Assembly (NCBI GenBank): GCA_964016885.1
Contig: CAXHJY010001492.1
Location: forward strand, 106,134-170,133
Length of the DNA: 64,000 bases
From: Eledone cirrhosa
Lineage: Eukaryota
Direction: 5' to 3'
In this document: in pieces, positions 58,233 through 64,000 of the stretch
How the letters are laid out: every line of letters starts with the position of its first letter
How positions within the stretch are numbered: position 1 is the first letter of the stretch
The notes under the pieces: model-generated
What the model was told of the DNA's origin: nothing
Database searches by the model: none
Seen by the model: the letters and a program-made list of their open reading frames with translations, nothing else
Made by a program: the position numbers and the translations under genes

Positions 58233-58638
58233 TGTATATATATATATGTATATATGTATATGTACATGTGTGTTTGTGCATACATATTTACATACATACA
58301 TACATGTATATACATATATATATACACAAGCACCTTTATACACCCGTACAGTACCAGCCGTGTAGTGGATGTCTGAGTGATTAAGTGTGTGACAACTTCA
58401 ATTATTGTATGTGTATTCATTATTATACATAAATGACGGCTATATACACACGCGAGGCGGCGTGTATAGCACTGGTGTTTATATGTACTTGTGTACGAGT
58501 GTATAAGGTGTGTATGTATGTATACAGATATTTAAAAATGAATATGTGTTGTGTGAATAACATGTGTGTATGGGTGTAAAACACTTATCTGTATGTTTAT
58601 ATAACATGTATACATATATACATGTGTGTATATTTGTG

Positions 58639-58669
<31 letters not shown>

Positions 58670-59084
58670 ATATGCATCAACATATGCAAAGATTGTTGCG
58701 TGTCACAGCTTTTGTGTACACGCGTCTCCTTCTCTCATGTCCCTCTCTCTCTCACTCTCTCTCTATATATATATATCTTTCTCACTCACTCTCTCTATAT
58801 ATATCTTTCTCTCTCCCTCTCTTCACACTCACTCTCTCCCATTCTCTCTCTCACTCTCTCCATATATATCGCTTTCTCTCTCCCTCTCTTTCTTTCATTC
58901 TCAGTAACCCTATTAATAGACACTAATTTTATTCATTAATACACAGAATTAATTACTGATAAATCAGCATCATCGTCATCAATATGTAATCGAATTATTC
59001 AAATGAACACAATAATAATAATAATAATAATAACGACAACAACAACAATAATAAACGTTTATGATATTTTGATCCTCGTGTCAT

Positions 59085-59152
59085 GATGATGGCGATGATG
59101 GTGATGATAGGGATGGTGGGGGATTTCTCACGATGTTGGATAGCAACAATGG

Positions 59153-59208
<56 letters not shown>

Positions 59209-59470
59209 ATGATGGCAATGGTGGTGGTGATGGTGGTGGTGATGATGACGATGATGATTGTCTTGACATTGATGATGGTGGTGGTGATGGTGATGGCAAT
59301 GGTGGTGGTGATGGTGGTGGTGATGATGACGATGATGATTGTCTTGACATTGATGATGGTGGTGGTGGTGATGATGGCAATGGTGGTGGTGATGGTGGTG
59401 GTGATGATGACGATGATGATTGTCTTGACGTTGATGATGGTGGTGGTGATGGTGATGACGACGATGATAG
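59085..59470. repeat. (GAT/GGT)n repeat with 81-bp higher-order unit, 3 copies
   Basis: attgtcttgac recurs at 59257, 59338 and 59419. Confidence 0.92.
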
Positions 59471-60545
59471 GAATACAAATACGAATGTCAAAAATGGCGA
59501 TCATTATTCGTGTGTCTGATAAGATGACTTTAACATTTGGTATATCTGACATGTAGGTAGTCTCATAGAAGAAAGACTAAGTTGTCAATTGCCAGTGTCT
59601 TTTGAACGTCATATAAAACATACAAATACCTTGCGGTATTCCTTCCGGTTCTCAACGTTCAAATGTCACCGAAGTAAACTTTGCTTTTCATCTTTTCGAT
59701 GTCGCTGAAAAAAATACCAGTATAATACTGGGGTCGATTATTCTCCCCCCCCTCTCTTGTTCTTTCCCTCTCTCTGTCTCTCTCTTTCTCTCTCCGCCTC
59801 TTTCTCTCTCTCTATGCACTCCTATCTATCTATCTATTTATCTATCTATCTATCCATATGGGGTGCAGAAAAATGTGCAACTATAACGTGGAGTATAACT
59901 ATATGTATTGTCACAATAATACTGGGTTAATTAAAGGTAATCAAACAAGTCGAGGTCTTCAGAGGCAATATATACACGTTGGTGTGTCTCTACGTTTGGG
60001 TGTGCAGTTTCGTGTATCATAATATATATACAAATATCTACGTAAACATACCCACTCTTGTATATATCCATATACAAGAGTGCGTGTAACTCTGTGAGTG
60101 AATGTATATAAGATTTATACAATCATATATAGACACGTACACATAGGAGACGGTGATTCGTTGAGGTATAAGTTAACTGATGGAAATCTCTATATGAATT
60201 AATCCAAATTACACCAATCACACACATATATACATAAATAGACATAACTACACAGTGACATAAAGTGTCTATATGTATGGATATATACATTATTTCATTC
60301 ATATATGTTCACAGATATATATTCCAATAATGATATATAAAATGAGAGAGAGAGGGAAAGAGGGAGAAATTGTGAGAGAGAGAGAGAGAGGGGGGGGGGG
60401 GTAAGCAATAGTAAGTAGTAAGAAATAATTGATTATATAAAGAGAATAGAAATAGATACTGAACTATAAATAGGATGTTTGTACCATTGAAACTCCTATT
60501 GATTCATCAACAATTGCAACGGTTAAAAAAGAAACACACACACAT

Positions 60546-60651
<106 letters not shown>

Positions 60652-60973
60652 GTCGTCAAGTATGAAAATTGTAGACATTTGTAGAAAAAAACAAATTTCT
60701 ACAAATTTCATACTTTTCTCATTCGATATATATATGTGTGTGTGTGTGTGTGTGTCTGTGTCTGTGTCTGTGTGTCTGTGTCTGTGTCTGTGTGTGTGTC
60801 TGTGTGTGTGTCTGTGTGTGTGTGTGTGTGTGTGTCGATAACTGTAATGCCTGTATTTACTTGTCTGCTATGCCTTGTGTGCAATATTGCAAAGTCTAAC
60901 TTCTGTAGATAACGGAATACTAACACAAATATAAATTAACTGTATGAAAAATAAAATGAAACTAAATGTAATA

Positions 60974-61058
<85 letters not shown>

Positions 61059-61373
61059 TATACATACATATGTACAGGCAGACAGAGGTAAACAGAGTGA
61101 AATACGATATCTGTGTTGAACTGAAATCTTTTCTTTCACTAAATTTTAATCCAAACTGTATTCCTCTCCATTTTCAATAGAATCTTCCATAGATTTTCCT
61201 CTACTTCTTATCATATGTTTTTATTTTCTTGTGATTTTTATATCTAGATTTTCAAACTTATCCTCTTATATATAAAATGTCAAGTGCTGCGTATGCAGTC
61301 AACGTTTACACCAATGACCTTCAAATTGTAGACGGCTTTTGCATATAATTATATATATATGTTGCAGTAGGTG

Positions 61374-61412
<39 letters not shown>

Positions 61413-61421
61413 CAGTGGGTG

Positions 61422-61454
<33 letters not shown>

Positions 61455-61594
61455 TGCAGTGGGTGTATATATATATTCAATAATATAGCCATGTACCTCT
61501 CACATTTAACGACAATGATTTTGTGTATTTGTGTGTATGTACAAATGCGATGCGACCGTATTCGTCCGTTTCTGCAATCTGTGTGCCCTTCGGC

Positions 61595-61655
<61 letters not shown>

Positions 61656-61777
61656 CAAAGGGATATATGTATATAATTAGATAGTCACAGATACATATAT
61701 GAGTCTGGCTACCTTTCACGGTGTGGCTCAATGAAGAATTAATTAAGCAAATAATCATTAATCAGAGCTATATATAA

Positions 61778-62370
61778 AATTGCAAGTTTGAAGAATTATT
61801 AGATAAAATATATAAGAATGATTAGATAACATATATACAGTATTTCCTCTCCCTAGTCCTTATAAATCAACCACATAAATAATCATTTAAACGAGGCTAT
61901 AAGTTTAAAATGTAACTATGAAGAAATAATAGACAAATGATACAGACCATATTCCGCGAGGGACAGCAAGATAAAGTTTACCTAGTTATTTCTTTTAGCT
62001 CGTACAAATTGACTAGACAAATAATCAACTACACGGAGTTAGATATAAAATAAAAGTTTGAAGAAAAAATACATATAAACTTTGCCAAAATTCCTCTAGT
62101 CTCGTTCCGGTAGTTTCGTTCCTTTTCTGTGGATATACCCGATCTTGGATTCATCCACGAGGCTTGGAACTCATCAAGAGACACCTCGAGTCTGGACTAA
62201 AGTTTCTACCATGATCCCCGCCAGAAATGAATTCAATTACGGCTAAGAACTATCACATGGCTAGCGGTCAAGGCAGAAATTTGTGATTGGTTGCCTGTGG
62301 TTGATTTATAAGGACTAGGGAGAGGAAATAATGTATATATTTTATCTAATAATTCTTCAAACTTGTAATT
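61778..62370. mobile_element. Family E cassette with long inverted ends, bounded by TA repeats
   Basis: 61778-61875 is complementary to 62296-62370 (with one indel); the left part is homologous to 38262-38530. Confidence 0.7.
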
Positions 62371-62602
62371 ATATATATATATATATATGTAGGAGGTAAG
62401 TTTTATTGTAGTACAATAAAACAATATGTTGATTTAAAACTGCACTATTCACAAGTGTGTTTTAACCTTCATATCATGTCTCCCTATTTTATCTGACGAA
62501 AACGCAAATGTTATTGCATGATGATATTTGTTTTTGAAATGCGCATAATAAATACAAAACATAACAGGCAATGACGATATACATTTGTTTCACCTTAAAT
62601 AT

Positions 62603-62648
62603 AATAGGAAAAGTATGACCGTTTCGAACATTAGTCATACATCAGAAA
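62603..62648 (-). ncRNA. Degenerate HHR motif (family A-like core, family F-like tail)
   Basis: Reverse complement tttCTGATGTatgac-taat-gttcGAAAcgGTCatacttttcctat. Confidence 0.4.
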
Positions 62649-63513
62649 ATAGAATTAGATATTACAGAAGAAATAGAAAGATAGAGGAGAGTGTGCAGGA
62701 CTAGAAGCGAAAACAATTTCTTTCAGCCTTTATGAATATTTGTAAAATATTTGAAATATAAAATGTAGTCTTCCCAACGTTAATGACCATAGTAATAATT
62801 GTCTATTGCCGTTAATATTGATAATTGGGGAAATCGGGTAAAATACACCAGGAGACAAATAAGAGTTGAAAATGACCCCTCTACACGATTAATTAATTTT
62901 TAGTCAATTTTTATTAAATACACCTCATTACGAAACAATGGTGTTCAAAACCAAATATGTAAAACCCTTTTCTATAACTCCCAAAATGTAACAAGAGCCC
63001 TATTAGGCCTCCCTAAATATGGGAAACAATACCTTAGAACACTCAAGATGTAAACGTGCCCTATTACACCTCCCCCCGCCCCTACCCTGACATCCAAAAC
63101 CATCGGCTTAATGTCCGCTAAGAAACAAACTGATGTGAAGTGTAAACAACATGTAAATAGAAATATCATCGAAAAGAAACCTCATGTTAAACATTTCTGA
63201 CAGTCAAGAAATATAAACATTTCTTATGCGAGCTATTAAAAGTAGTTGAAATGTTGCGAAAGAAAGGTGTAGATAGAGTAAGGTTACTGGGTAGGTTGGT
63301 GGGGGTAGGTTGATGGGGGTAGGTTGGTGGAGGGTGGTAGATGGAGGGGGGGGGGGGGGGGGCGTTGTGTGATCGTCCCAAAGGTTCTTTGTTTTTGTTT
63401 TGTTGTTTGTTTTTTTCTTCTTCTGACGAGACACACGTTTTCGTTAAGAGTCAAAGTGGGCAACGAATCGAATTCTTCTCAAAGATTCTCTTCACCAACA
63501 TTTATTCTTGTAG

Positions 63514-63597
63514 TTATTCCAAGACATTCTAAACCAACATTCTCCCAATATCACACCACCACTGACCCCTGGGGAAATCGATGGATCATCATTGTAG
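63514..63597 (+). CDS. Candidate short terminal coding exon (LFQDILNQHSPNITPPLTPGEIDGSSL*), gene unidentified
   Basis: Preceded by acceptor-like catttattcttgtag; protein-like composition with a TPPLTP motif; no upstream exon identified. Confidence 0.3.
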   Translation, partial: LFQDILNQHSPNITPPLTPGEIDGSSL

Positions 63598-64000
63598 AAG
63601 AAGAAGAACAACAACAACAACAACAAGAGGACGCTGCTGCTGCTTCTGTACATGGGTGTGGGTGGAGTCACCACATCGTTGCATAAATATTCTTCATGAA
63701 TTTTAAAGTAGCCCAGTGTGTCCCTATAACGTGAAACAATCTGTGAACGTATGTGTATGTGTGTGTGTGTGTATGCGTGTGGGTCTGTCTGTACATGTGT
63801 GTGTGCGTGTATGTGTATGTGTGTGCGTGTGTATATGTATATATGTGTGTGTGTATGCGCGCGTCATGCTTGTCAGCAGCAGCAGTAGTAGTAATGGCAG
63901 TAGTTATAAAACTAAACAGATAAATGTTAGTTTGATGTTAACGGTTTGGTGTATTTCTGGATGTCAGGGCGTATCAAATGTACTATCATTACTAACACTG

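Overview
AT-rich, extremely microsatellite-dense eukaryotic DNA. The repeat content ((AT)n/(AC)n/(AG)n arrays, abundant tRNA-derived SINEs, RTE-type LINE remnants) looks like an octopus or other cephalopod intergenic or intronic region; this is an inference. No intact protein-coding gene is supportable, and almost all ORFs in the supplied track are microsatellite translations. Recognisable parts are about 20 copies of one tRNA-derived SINE family, a CORE-like SINE family, RTE-like LINE 3' fragments (one ending in a C2H2 zinc finger), mariner-like MITEs and several minisatellites. The most notable signal is a set of at least five unrelated families of short (~100-600 bp) non-coding cassettes, mostly inside or beside (TA)n tracts, that carry type I hammerhead-ribozyme (HHR) motifs of the Penelope-like-element (PLE) or retrozyme kind. 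They include a canonical HHR at 37487-37556 and a U3:A8 core variant with a compensatory stem I change between copies. Several form fold-back palindromes whose breakpoints lie in or at the ribozyme, one of them exactly at the predicted GUC cleavage site. Also present are a convergent tRNA-like palindromic element, a possible short terminal exon near 63.5 kb and a decayed Gly/Tyr-rich reading frame. Coordinates of diverged repeats are approximate, read by eye.
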